Positions 23,801 to 35,500 of a stretch of 64,000 nt of DNA are shown here, piece after piece (within the stretch, counting starts at the first letter, position 1; each line of letters begins with the position of its first letter). The notes beneath the pieces are model-generated. The model was not told the DNA's origin. It did not search any database and saw nothing but the letters and a program-made list of their open reading frames with translations. Both the position numbers and the translations under genes were made by a program. Source of the DNA: Antedon mediterranea (lineage: Eukaryota > Animalia > Echinodermata); the NCBI RefSeq assembly GCF_964355755.1, contig NC_092670.1, forward strand, positions 11,518,795-11,582,794, read 5' to 3'.

Positions 23801-25769
23801 GTGTATAGTAGTATGCTAATAGTACTATTATTAGATTAGGTAGTTGGGAGTAGTTTGGAGAGATACATCTATCTATAAAAGAGTACTGTAATGGAACTAT
23901 CTGTGTTAGCCGCCTTTGTATTTTTAGATATAATACCAATAGGTACTATGTATTGGGAAACAATTCAACAGTTATGAATAAAAAAAGTCTTATGTACTCT
24001 GTTACTCTGTATGTTGGAGGAAATAAGCATAAGAGCAAATAAAGCCTTGACCACAGGGTGTAAGTCACTATTTTGAATCAGTAGTATGACTTCTTAAGAA
24101 GTAATTAAAAAATTATCATTGTATGATCAAAAAGAAATATTATAATATCTAACTTTCTCCTTTATATAAATATATTATTTTATCCAAGGGGTTGCAAACA
24201 CAAGTATTCACATGTCTTGTTAAGTATTGCACCTTTGTCCTGTCTTTATGTTTTCTGTAATGTCACTGCACTAACAGGTGACCGGTAAACGAGCTTCGCT
24301 CTTACGGTTATCCATCCATATAAGTTGTTCATCTCTTATGTTCAGAAATTGAAATGGTAAATAAACTGAAACTGAAACTGTGCTTATGTGGTACAGGTTG
24401 ACGAGCCAGGAATGATGGTAGTGCCAGTATACCGTGTAGTTTAGCCTCAAGGCAATACCATGTAGCTGGAGTAGCTTGGACAAATACAGTAGAGATTTAT
24501 GAGACTTGGTGTCAGGTGTGTGATGATTCAGTATGATAAATTTGTGCTGTGAAAGACAAAATTGTAGAATTAGGAAGAAAATATTGTAAAATATAACAAG
24601 GAAATTATACTATAGTATACTTAAGGGGTAACCGTATAATACATAATTAATAGTAATAAAGGCAATGGCAATTACTTATATTATGTATACATTACAATAT
24701 TACAAATAAATTCATATATTATTTTATTATGATAAGGAAATCTGTTTTAGAATGAAAAAAAGCCGTCCCAACACAGATTTGAACCCAGCTATCAATAAAG
24801 ATATAAAACAAAATAGACCATATTGTAGCCGGACTGGGTAGCGTAGACTTACTTGAGGCCTAGGCATAGTACGATTAGCTAGAAGGATACAGGTCAACCC
24901 GTACCCATGCCATGCCAACACGCTCGTACCCAAATTTTGGTTTACATATATCCAAAATTTTGGCTTACTCGTACCCATCATGGGCTGCCTAGTAGTAGTA
25001 GTAGTAGCAGTAGCCTAGCCTAAGGCAGCAGGCCCGGCCCTAGCCTACTACAACTTAAGTCTAGGCCTAGCCTAGTACTAGTAGGCCTCTCTAGGCCTAG
25101 CCTAGGCCCTAGTAGTTAACATCATACATACGCCCTAGAGCCTAGTAGTAGCTACCTACTACTCACTAGCTAGGCCTAGGTAGTAGCAGTAGTAGTTATT
25201 GTAGTAGTATTATTGTATTGTAGTATTAGTTGTAGCTGTCCGGTGATCCTTGGTCACTTGTCTAGATCCCCTAGTAGGCCTAGGCTAGGCCTAGTACGTA
25301 GTTATTCTTCAACAGTCACACAATTCAGATTCTGCCGGCCGCTGATTGCTAGTGAACAGGGGGAGGGAGAGAAAGAGTTAGAAGAACTGAAATAAGCCGT
25401 GACGTATAATAAACATCATACAAAATAATAATATAACTAACGAATCCGTATAATATAATAATGTTGTATGTTATAAAGTAAAGTAAATGCGTTTAATATA
25501 ATACAATTATATTATAATATAATGTATTTTATTAATAATATAATATTAAATGTTCATAATATAATGCTAAAACCAAATAATATAATACACAAAGTCAATA
25601 ATTTGTTACATTTTTCACATAATATATTAGAAATAGATATAATATAATGCTAAAACCAAGTAATATAATGCAAAACGTATAATTCATTACAATACAATAT
25701 ATAATATAATAAAAAAATGATATAATAATATAATATTTTGAATACTTCAGACAGCTGAGGCTTGCCATA
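17899..25769. mobile_element. 7.9-kb foldback element: ~3.5-kb inverted arms, ~175-bp spacer, 7-bp TSD
   Basis: TATGGCAAGCCTCAGCTGTCTGAAG at 17899 mirrors CTTCAGACAGCTGAGGCTTGCCATA ending at 25769. TAAAGTG is duplicated at 17892-17898 and 25770-25776. Mirrored ORF pairs in the track differ by only 0-2 residues. Arms run ~17899-22053 and ~22231-25769. Confidence 0.92.
18604..19231. mobile_element. 628-bp non-autonomous TTAA-specific DNA transposon (Kolobok-like AG..CT ends)
   Basis: TTAA at 18600-18603 and 19232-19235; imperfect TIRs AGCCCCATTCCCTAC / GCAGGGAAGGGGTCT. The empty site (acaacTTAAgtctagg) is present in the other arm at ~25055. Confidence 0.85.
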
Positions 25770-26270
25770 TAAAGTGCCTCTTTTGTCTTTCAATATTTTT
25801 CTAACAATCTTCCTTCTCCCATGATGAATTTATTTAACACTGCTGATTTCAACCATGGTCATAATTTAAGAAGTACTGTTCATAAGTTTCAGTTAACTAT
25901 TCCTTTTGTAAGATTAACTAGTTCTTCTCACTTTATTTATGTTTCTGGCCCTTTAATTTGGAATCAATTAGATACTAGTATTGTTAACTCTTCCTCTCTC
26001 CCAACTTTTCGTAAAAAACTTAAAAGTAATTTGTTATCATTGTACTCAAACTAGACCTTCAAAATGTTTTTGTCATGACTTTTTTTTATTTTATTTAATA
26101 ATTATATACAAATGTATTTTTTTCTTTTGTTTATGGGTCTTGCGTGACAAGTATTCTCTTCTTGCAAGATCCTCTATTAATGGTATTTTTTGTATTTTCT
26201 CATTATAAATTATCATTCTTTTTATTGTATTGTTATACCATTGATAGAAACTAATAAATGTTGAATTAAA
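25770..26270 (+). mobile_element. 3' remnant of a CR1/L2-group LINE (ORF2 C-terminus plus 3' UTR), 5' side interrupted by the foldback
   Basis: Translation SASFVFQYFSNNLPSPM..HGHNLRS..YVSGPLIWNQL..SSSLPTFRKKLKSNLL* resembles CR1/L2-group ORF2 ends; AATAAA at ~26253. Confidence 0.75.
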
Positions 26271-27819
26271 AATGTCTAAATCATGTGCAAATGTATTTCT
26301 CTACTTGTCGTCAGTCTATCCACCTCTCGTAAGTGATCGGCTTTCAAAACTTAGCACTCTGATCGTAAGCAACCACCTTTGTTAGCGACCACCTTTAATA
26401 TTTAAAAGGGACTACCTCTGTTAATGGACCGCTTCTCACAATGGACAACCTCCTGAAGGGGTAACCACCTCTCATAACGGACTGCTTTCATAAACTACCA
26501 CCGCTCGTAGACGACCACTTCTTTTACCGACTACACCTCCCGTAAGTGACCACCTCAATAGAGGTGGTAATTTGCGAAAGGTGGTCGTTACGGAATTATG
26601 AGAAGTGGTCCCTTAGGAGAGGTGGACGTTTTTTTTTTAGAGATTATTCGAAAAATACAAAAAAACGAAATACCCTTGAGTGAACGAATAATTTTGATGC
26701 GCAATTAAGGTGTTTATTTTGCCATATAAAATATAAAAAAATAAATATTTTTTGGTAATATGCATCAACAATATTTTTCAAATGTATTTTAGATAAATAA
26801 ATAAATAATGTAAAATCTCTAGAAACAAATAAAATATTGTGACTAATCAATTCAATGTTTTATTAAATAAAACCAAAAATCAGGCATCTGTGAAAAAAAA
26901 TATAATGAAAAAGAACTCACTTTAACAATGACGAACTTACTTGTTTAAAGCACTTTTGTTATCAGTTAATATTATTAAATTAGTAACAGTATTATGAATA
27001 TTACAAAATAATATTTTGAGAACTGAAAAATATTTTGAGGGAACAAATATATTTAGGGAGAACAAAATAAGATTTCAAGAACTGAACAATATAAAAAATG
27101 AATTACTACTTCGAGACAAGGAATGATCGAGAGAACGAAATAATTTCGAGGGAAATTATTTCGTTCTCTCGCGAATTAGTAATTCGAATTCCAATGAAAT
27201 AATATTTCGAGAGAACGAAAATAGGTAGGCCCTATGCCTATATGATTTAGTGATATTCATTCCCTAGAAATAATAATACAGTACCGGTAGGCTATATATT
27301 TTTTCAAGTTGTCAGATTTACTTCAAATTGACAACAGGTTGTATATACTCAATCAAAAACAAACAATTTAATTTGATTAGACTATATGTCTCCAGATATA
27401 ATAATAGTAATATTTATTTCAATCGACTTGATATTTTGCGATTCAAGTTGGTATTCTAAGGAATTATAATTACCCTAACGGGAGTTGGTGACCGTCCAGT
27501 GCCCTAGTTTTTACGGGGTTAATATGATGTCGATGGTCCTACTTTTTTATCGATGAAAGCTGCCCGGGTGGTTGCAGCCATTTTCAACAGCTGGTATTAC
27601 ACTATTCAATGCTGAAAATTGTCCAGTGGACACTTTCAAACACCGGACACATTTAAATCTTACACCGGCATTGATAAAACAATGTCACGGCAATTGGACT
27701 ATTTTATTTTTACCCACAATGAATGCAATGATGTTATCTTGTACGCGTTAGAAAGAGTTTTTTAAAGAAATGTTTTTACGACAAAAAATATGTCCATAGT
27801 TTTTATTTTACCCACATCT

Positions 27820-27880
27820 GACTCCGTGGCGCAATGGTAGCGCGTCTGACTCCAGATCAGTTCAAATCACGTCGGGGTCA
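27820..27880 (+). pseudogene. tRNA-Trp(CCA) pseudogene, 11-bp deletion
   Basis: Matches the 28563 copy but lacks aaggttgcgtg (variable loop and 5' T-stem). Confidence 0.9.
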
Positions 27881-27988
27881 GTTTAACTTTTGATACCAGT
27901 AGCAATAACATAATTATGTTCGCATTATACCAGCCGTCAGCCTTATTTTACGACTAAGAAGATGTTACATATTTGTTCACTAATATTA

Positions 27989-28040
27989 GACTCTGTGGCG
28001 CCATGGAGCGCGTCTGACTCCAGATCAGAAGGTTGCGTGC
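27989..28040 (+). pseudogene. 3'-truncated tRNA-Trp pseudogene
   Basis: gactctgtggcgccatggagcgcgtctgactccagatcagaaggttgcgtg, then unrelated sequence. Confidence 0.85.
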
Positions 28041-28102
28041 GTTTAATGACAGATATCAAATACAAAATTAGCGGAAACATCAATGTCTGTCCTACGTAGC
28101 TC

Positions 28103-28174
28103 GCCGTGATCGTATAGTGGTTAGTACATTGCGTTGTGGCCGCAATAACCCAGGTTCGAATCCTGGTCACGGCA
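28103..28174 (+). tRNA. tRNA-His(GTG)
   Basis: 72-nt cloverleaf: GCCGTGA/TCACGGC acceptor stem, ttGTGgc anticodon loop, GGTTCGAATCC T-arm. Confidence 0.97.
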
Positions 28175-28344
28175 TTGATAAAACAATGTCACGGCAAAGG
28201 GATTATTTTATTTTTACCCACAATGAATGCAATTTTATTATTTTTACGCATTAAGGAGTACATTTTTTTTAGAAAGGTCCAAAATAAATAATTTCCATAG
28301 ATACCAAATTGACAGGAAACATGAATGTCTGTCCTACGTAGCTC

Positions 28345-28416
28345 GCCGTGATCGTATAGTGGTTAGTACATTGCGTTGTGGCCGCAATAACGCAGGTTCG
28401 AATCCTGGTCACGGCA
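28345..28416 (+). tRNA. tRNA-His(GTG), variant with one T-stem mismatch
   Basis: Same as 28103 except aacGcagg for aacCcagg. Confidence 0.88.
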
Positions 28417-28562
28417 TTGATAAAACAATGTCACGGCAATTGGACTATTTTATTTTTACCCACAATGAATGCAATGATGTTATTTTGTACGCATGAGAGT
28501 TTTTTTAAAGAAATGTTTTTACGACAGAAAAGATGTCCATAGTTTTTATTTTACCCACATCT

Positions 28563-28634
28563 GACTCCGTGACGCAATGGTAGCGCGTCTGACTCCAGAT
28601 CAGAAGGTTGCGTGTTCAAATTACGTCGGGGTCA
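28563..28634 (+). tRNA. tRNA-Trp(CCA), full length with a D-stem variant
   Basis: GACTCCG..ctCCAga..GTTCAAAT..CGGGGTCA, 72 nt; gtgAcgc differs from gtgGcgc in the other copies. Confidence 0.85.
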
Positions 28635-29392
28635 GTTTAAGTTTTGATACGATCAAGAATATGTCCATATTCATAAAAAAGTACACCACATTGATGTCTA
28701 TACAATTATTTATTAACAGAAAATGATAATTGTTCAGCAAAACAGTTTAAATATAATTTTAATTCAATAGGGGTTAAGGAAGGTCTCTCAATATAATTTC
28801 GTTGTCAATGAATGTCACTTCTCCCCAGTATGATATGCTAGGGTACCTATTTGATTATGTTGTATGCTTAATCCTTTTTCAATTAAACTGTATTTTATTT
28901 TCCCATCTTATACACAGTAAAATTAACAGGATTAAACATATGTTGGCCCTTGTTTCATGAGGAAGTGTCCCCTAATAAGGGTGTTCCTTTAATGAGGTAT
29001 TTATAAGGGTGATAAAGAGGTGCCCTGAACAGGGTTGTCCCAAAATACCGTATGCGTTCTAACTGTAGGCCTACATAAATAAAGCAAATGTTCTTTATCA
29101 ATTCCACATAATTTCTTCGTTATTTCGCTGTCAGTGAAGGTCAGTCATCATCATGAACTGCCGTGGTATCTATATATAAATTTTCTAATAAATTTATATT
29201 ATGCCTTATCGTATTGTATTTTTAATTCTCATATATAATAAATGAATAAAATAAATGTAAATTTTTCAAGTGGGTGTAGCTTTATCATAATTTTTTTTTT
29301 CTTTAACATAATTCCCCCGTCTTTATTTCAGTGAATGTTACTTCTCCTCATCATGACATGCTGGGGTATCTCTTGAATGTTACTTCTCCTCA

Positions 29393-32205
29393 TCATGACA
29401 TGCTGGGGTATCTCTTTGATTTCTGTTTTATTCCTGTTCTTCTATATTCTTCTCTTTCGCCTAAATATTCTTGTTTGCATTCTTCATAAAGTGATTTGTC
29501 TTCATAACTTGAAAGATAAAAAAAACATAATTTAAAAAAACATTTGGCTATATAGCTCTGTCTACACTATCAAACTTTATGTGACAAAAAAATGTGATGT
29601 GCCCATATATGGACACGATGATGTCATATCACTACCATATTTAGGAATATCACTACCATATTTGGGCATATCACATTTTTTTTGTCAAACTAGTTTGATA
29701 GTGTAATGAATGCTTTATTATATAAAAGTAAAATAATAATAAATATAAATGCATGATATAAAAAATATCACCAATGAGTGAGATCATGTGATTGAAATGA
29801 TTTTGATATCTAGATATTTTATAAACTTAATTTGGGCAATGGATGTATTGTCCCTTGAAACAACAACAAAAATGAAAAAAAAAATATTCTAAATTTAAAT
29901 TGGCCATATCAAAGTAATATTAAAGTTATTCACTTTAAGTCGAAAATTTGAGGCAAAAACAACAAGTTTACGTAATTAACAGGTAAATTAATTTGATTAC
30001 ATTTCGTCTGGAAAATTGTCACGAGCGAAAGTAAAGAAAGATTTCAAACCACGAGTATGCATTATGCATGATGCTAATTAGGATTGTTTACAACTCGTCG
30101 TGGTTGAGAAGGTGTTTTCACACAGATCGCGGGGAAGTTTTATGATTATGCATACAGAGTAGCCAAACAAGCACGTTGCATTATGAATATGTTTTGATCG
30201 AAAACTTTGACTGGAAGTCAAAGTTATTTTTTGAACAAAAAAACGTCAGTATTTCGGTTATATTTTTTTTTTCAACTAATTTTTGGTGAAAGTTAATAAC
30301 TATCATGATACTTCAAAATGACCCACTTTTTTTCGAAATATAATAAAAAAATTTTTTGGGAAATTACTCAAAGGGACAATACATCTTTAAGTCTTTATCA
30401 AAATGATTTGTTTTACCAAAGATTGTATAGCGCCACTACGCGGCGCAAGATAGGTAACTGTTGCCAAGCTTCTATCTTATAACACTACGCGCCCAGTAAA
30501 TCCATGGACGCCATTCGGGCGGACAGGTTATTATTGTGATTTAAATGTAAATGGTTTAAATGTTGCGGTCCGCCTCGAAGTATCTGTGGTTAACCATCTT
30601 GAGGATTGATTCATGGAAAAGGGAAGAAATTATGTAAACAAAGTAAAATAAAAGTTTCTTTGGGATCTGGACACTTTCCGATTAATTCTGTGTGTTTACA
30701 TTGTAATGCTTGGTTAGACAACTTCGTTCTTTGACTGAAACATCGTACGAAATTGCCTTGACAACGACTTTATTCCGGTCAAATTTGTCCGCCGGAATGG
30801 TGTCCATGGATTACAAACGTCTCACCCAGTTACCTATCTGGTTTTACCAGTCATAAACTATAGTCAATGACAGCTTGGAACCTGTGTCAGTTTTATTGAT
30901 GTGGTGGTTTGTGTTGCTGCCTTAATAGCTCACCATTGACTAGACTATGCAGGCCTATTAGAAATTTAAAATTTCAACAAATAAAGATTTTAACTTACTG
31001 TTTGGTTAAACACGCTTTTAAAGCTGAATTTTCCACCCTACATTTATACACCATAGCGAGGGCATTTTCCTTACAACATCTTGTAAAGTCTATAGTATAT
31101 AACAAATATAAGTTAATGTATTTACAACATTCTATTTATTCATTTTGATCATTTGTATGAATACATTATAAAATACCTTTATGTCAATCAAAGGTATTAC
31201 ATGTTAATAAAGAAGTAGGTAAAGTCGAAACCTAAGCTAATGCTAACGGCCGTGGTCCCCATCTCAATTTCCTTAGCGTGTATGTTTGTAGGGGGTACGC
31301 CACTCCTCCCGCACAAACGAGTCTGATTTACCTTCCCAGTACTTTTTACATACCGGTACCCATTTCTATCACCTGGGGGGGGGGGGAACAATGTGGATAA
31401 AGAATCTTGCTCAAGACTCAACACTGCAGTGACCGAGCCAGGGCTTGAACCGACAACCTCTTGATTGCAAGTCCAATGCTCTAACCACTGCGCCACAGTG
31501 CCAAAGAAGTAATTATTTATAATATTAAAAGCAATAAACAAAACATAAATTAAATACCAAAAGAACCTAAAAGCTTACCAACAACTTCTTTGTCACATAA
31601 AACCTTTGCCTTTTCTCTTATCTTCTTAGGAATTAGCACTTCTGACTCAACTTTTCTGAGGTGCATTTTAGGATCAACTAAAGAAAAAGATTTGTTTATT
31701 ATTTTATTATTGATACCACTTTAAAAATTGTCTTTATTCTTTGACTTTACATTGATTATTGAACAACAAACAAGGCTTCCATCCAGCTTCTTCTACTACT
31801 AGCCTATAGCCTAGCTAGTAGTAGTACTACTACTACTAAGAATATTGATAGGAAGTGGCTATTTATTCAGGTATTAGAATAAATAGGATCAGTCTCAGCA
31901 AGGTTAGACTACTACTAGGTAAGGTCCTAGTCAGGCAGAGAGGCTGGTGGCCGGCAGCAGGCAGCAGCAACATGCTCGCTCGGGCACCACACTGACTGTG
32001 CTTGCATGCTGAATGCATGGAATCTGGATAGCCTAGGCCTACACTTTATGTATTTTAAGCACTGATGTTTGAACGTTTTAATTCTACATTGTTTGTCTAA
32101 GTCAGTAATTATGGTGTAATTTCCAGATTTTAATGATTTAAGGTACAGAAAACGTTTCTTACCATCGCCGAGGAGGAGGAGATCCTCGTTTGTTTTGGAA
32201 GTCAT
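29393..32205 (-). CDS. CMC1: COX assembly mitochondrial protein CMC1 (twin CX9C), 4 exons, 115 aa
   Basis: Exons 32205-32163, 31677-31579, 31089-30999 and 29507-29393, all GT-AG and phase-consistent. Protein ..DPKMHLRKVESEVLIPKKIREKAKVLCDKEVVDFTRCCKENALAMVYKCRVENSALKACLTKHYEDKSLYEECKQEYLGEREEYRRTGI.. aligns with human CMC1. Confidence 0.95.
29554..29705. mobile_element. MITE family A copy (AGCTCTGTCTACACTATCAAACT TIR; PIF/Harbinger-like), right end truncated
   Basis: Shared TIR and cccatatatggaca/actaccatatttggg core. Confidence 0.8.
29841..30386. mobile_element. MITE with GATGTATTGTCCCTT TIRs (TTAA on the right side; Kolobok-like)
   Basis: ggatgtattgtcccttg ... aagggacaatacatct TTAA; left target site not conserved. 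Confidence 0.65.
30499..30812. mobile_element. MITE with ~28-bp imperfect TIRs
   Basis: aatccatggacgccattcgggcggaca ... tgtccgccggaatggtgtccatggatt. Confidence 0.7.
31200..31502 (-). mobile_element. tRNA-derived SINE in CMC1 intron 2
   Basis: Minus strand has A box (tggcgcagtggttag) and B box (ggttcaagccc), no acceptor-stem pairing, followed by a SINE-type body (gtcttgagcaagattcttta..aaatgggtacc). Confidence 0.8.
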
Positions 32206-32524
32206 GTTGTTTTTGTGATTGACCTAGGAATGAACTTTAACCTAACTAAGGCTATTGACTTCTTGTTTTAAATTATATTTTTTTATAGAAAAACCAGTTA
32301 TATGAAAACACGTTTCTTCAATGAACTTAAATAAATTATTCTATAAGTTTAAGTATACATTTTAAACAAATTGAAAGCGGAAAATTATATTTTAAAGAAT
32401 GTTTTCGTCACTATCTATAATTAGTAAGATGACAAGGCCTATTTCTTTTTGTTGGTGTGAGCATGCGTAAAGGCAAATTTGATCATAAGTTTGGTTAGAA
32501 GAGGTCTATGTTTACCATATAAAA
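32206..32524. promoter_or_regulatory. Putative bidirectional promoter for CMC1/STAM
   Basis: Divergent start codons only 319 bp apart; GCATGCG and GCGGAA motifs present. Function is inferred. Confidence 0.65.
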
Positions 32525-35500
32525 ATGCCTTTATTTGGAAGTTCTTCGCCTTTTGATCAAGATGTTGGTAAGTTAGTTTTTTTATATTTTTATATAGATT
32601 ATATATGTTGTTTTACACGTTATATAAAATGATAATAGTGTCCATTTAAACCCAAATAAAGCCAGTTAGGCTAAGCTAGGGAAATCCAAGTTGTTGGGCC
32701 TGCCCAGCAAGCTGACCTCTCTATGGCCTAGTCTACTCTCTGGCTGTTGCTTCGTTCGGCGTTCGCATTTTTGTTTTGTTCTGCCATAGGCTAGGCCTAG
32801 CTTAATTGTTCAATTTATCACTAGATACCTAGGCCTTAATTTACTTTTTGATTTATAGTTTATATTTTTCACTTCCTTAAAGAAAAAAATATACCATTTT
32901 GTTTATTTGAAAGCTCCTTTTTAAAAATGTATTAATTATTAGATATAGATTAAGATGGTGGTCGTGTACTGTCAGTGTCTGTGCTGTGCTGCTGTGTGTT
33001 TATGATGATTCATTGTCTGTTGATTAAAACATGATGGTGGTTACTGTTACTGTAGCCTACCTACCAGACAGTGACTAAGTGTCAGCAACCTAAAACAAAT
33101 AGCCTACAACAATGTGTGGATAGTCATTTTCAATATACCAGTTTTTAATTCTTATATTTCAATGCTCTATGCCTGGCCACTTGTTTTGCATTTATTCCAG
33201 TACTCCTGAAATGTTTATCAATTTTTATTTATATTCTAACTAGTTTTCTAAAGTTGTTTTTTAATTTTTTGTTTTATAATGATTTTATACATACTGTATA
33301 TGTACTGTGCCTATGCGCAATTTGATAGGATGGCGCCGCAATATAAATAAATTCTTTTATTATTATTGGTATTATTATTAACTAACACCTTTGTTGATGT
33401 ATTATAATGTTTAGAACATAACGCTGTGCATTGTCCAACACAGAAAACCCCATACAGTATAAATTTCCCTCCTGTAGTAAAAACTGCACAAACAAACATT
33501 GTTAATATTACATTGCATGAAAAAAAATATATATATAAATCAAATCAAACTTGATATTGTATTTACTTAGTCCAATTTCAGGGAGCTCTATTTCATATTA
33601 ATATTCTAAAAATGTAATGTGCTTCTATTCATTGGATATTCTACTTAAATTCATGTTCATCTTCGGAAATTTCTATTTTAAAATATAATTTATTGCTGCA
33701 ATATTTTAGTGGTTTTTTGCCGATGTCTGGTCAAATTAAGAAGCGGTATTTTTTGCTCTCTTCATGATATCGTTTGAAGGAGATTTTAAGAATTAGAATT
33801 ATTAATATGCCACAATATCCTTCAACATCTAAATAATTCCTCCATTATTAATAAATTATTTAAAAAATTGTCTTTAACCGTTTTCAGAAAAGGCAACATC
33901 TGAAAGTAATATCTCCGATAATTGGGGTATTATTATGGACATATGTGACAAGGTGTCTGCTACACCAAATGGGTAAGACATCTGATTAAATGATCTCTTT
34001 TCAATTCGATTAAATATCACTAAAACTGTATTACCCCAAGAGACTGTGTGAACATAAATAGTCCCAATAAAGCAATAAAGCAGTGAATGTACTGCTGTAC
34101 TCATGTTTGCATTGAATTCTTATCTTGAACATGTAGTGGAGCTGTAGCTTGGTGATTAATGTGCTTTCCTATCAATCCCAAGATCCAGTGTTCAATCCTG
34201 ACCTAAAGTTGTAGTGCCACAACTATTTCGACTGCACTCCCTAAACCTCAAATGAGACTTAGTTTATTAGCACGATAAATTATAAAACAGTTTATCTATC
34301 CTGTAATTGCCGAGTTTGTGCTCGCTGTTGGATGCATATGAAATTTAAAAAAAACATACATTTTGTTTCACCCCATTTTTAATTGTCATTACTATAGGCC
34401 TAAAGATGCAATGAGATCAATAATGAAACGCCTTAGACATCCAGTCCCTCATGTTGGAATGCAGGCTCTTACAGTAAGTAACACTACAACAATGTGTTAA
34501 CAGTGATTGAATGGCACGATGGTAAAAGGAATCAGATTTTGGACCCTGGTTTGGTTTTGCCTAACATGTGAAAAACCTGTTTATAACATACATGTATCTA
34601 ATATGAATACCATACTAAAGGCATGACTAAGAATTATTTGATGGATTTTAATCTGTTATTAGTTACATTCTTAACTATTAAAATGATACAGTATTTGTAA
34701 TATTGTCTTTCATTGATCTAAACTGTTGAGTTTAGTATAATTAAAATTGAGTAACTTTATTTTGAAATGTATTTATCATTTTATGGTTAAAAATTTGAAA
34801 ATTGCAGTTGATTCTGGTAAAAACAGATAGAAATTCTGGGGCCTATTTTGTTTATTTGCTTTTCATTAAGTTTAAAGCGTAGTTCCAGGCCACTCTATAG
34901 AACGCAACATAAAGTAGCGAAATATCGACGCAAGGTGCCGTATTGCGTAATCACAAGTGGAACCGAGCAGTCTGCTGCAAACACTGTTATGCCAATGGGA
35001 AATCAAATCAGTTTGATTTTACGCAACAATGTAAAGCCAAGAACACAGAGACGGGGACAAACACAATTAGTAGAGGGCATTTTCTTACGTTTTTTAAATA
35101 ATTAATATATATATACATATTGCTTTCATTACACAGGTTCTTGGTGCTTGTGTAAATAATTGTGGAAAACAGTTTAAAATGGAAGTTTCATCTAGGGAAT
35201 TTTGTAATGAAGCAAGGAATATTGTTATGAAGGCAAGTATAATTGTAATTTATGATTGTTATGTTTATCAAAATAAGCAGAGTGCATGATTATTGAATAT
35301 TATTTTTTGACATTTTATAATTATAGCTAAATATGACAGAAACAGATCTAAAATAGGAAAACAAATTTGGACAATGGTCCCTTTTGAAAGGAAAAAAATG
35401 GATAGAAAGCTTCTTAGAAATACACCACCACTTCCCCTTTTTTTGGCTCTATTCCAGAAACACAAGTAAATTATTGTTTATTTTATTCCTTGATTTACCT

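Larger units (their letters stand above)
14560..27664. mobile_element. Ginger1-like non-autonomous DNA transposon (TGT..ACA ends, ~65-bp imperfect TIRs, CCGG TSD) carrying nested insertions
   Basis: Left end TGTAAGATTgAAtTGTGTCC..AAAGTGTCC..TGGACAcTTTTCAGCATTGgATAGTGT is the reverse complement of the right end (27597-27664). CCGG flanks both sides (14556-14559, 27665-27668). Ginger1 elements are known for CCGG/CCGT TSDs. No integrase ORF seen. Confidence 0.8.

Noticed and set aside
19303-24981. Mirrored 61-104 aa ORFs in the foldback arms as genes or a transposase
   Set aside because: Mostly non-ATG starts, no recognisable domains, and stops follow the candidate splice acceptor at ~20630 in all three frames.
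17899-25769. Palindrome as a fold-back read or assembly artefact
   Set aside because: The flanking TSD, arm-specific insertion and SNPs argue that it is real, though spanning reads are still needed.
31197-31541. 114-aa ORF or a functional tRNA
   Set aside because: It is a tRNA-derived SINE head without an acceptor stem.
34138-34210. tRNA-like sequences here and at ~37300-37380 (minus strand)
   Set aside because: Too degenerate to fold; probably old SINE heads, not called.
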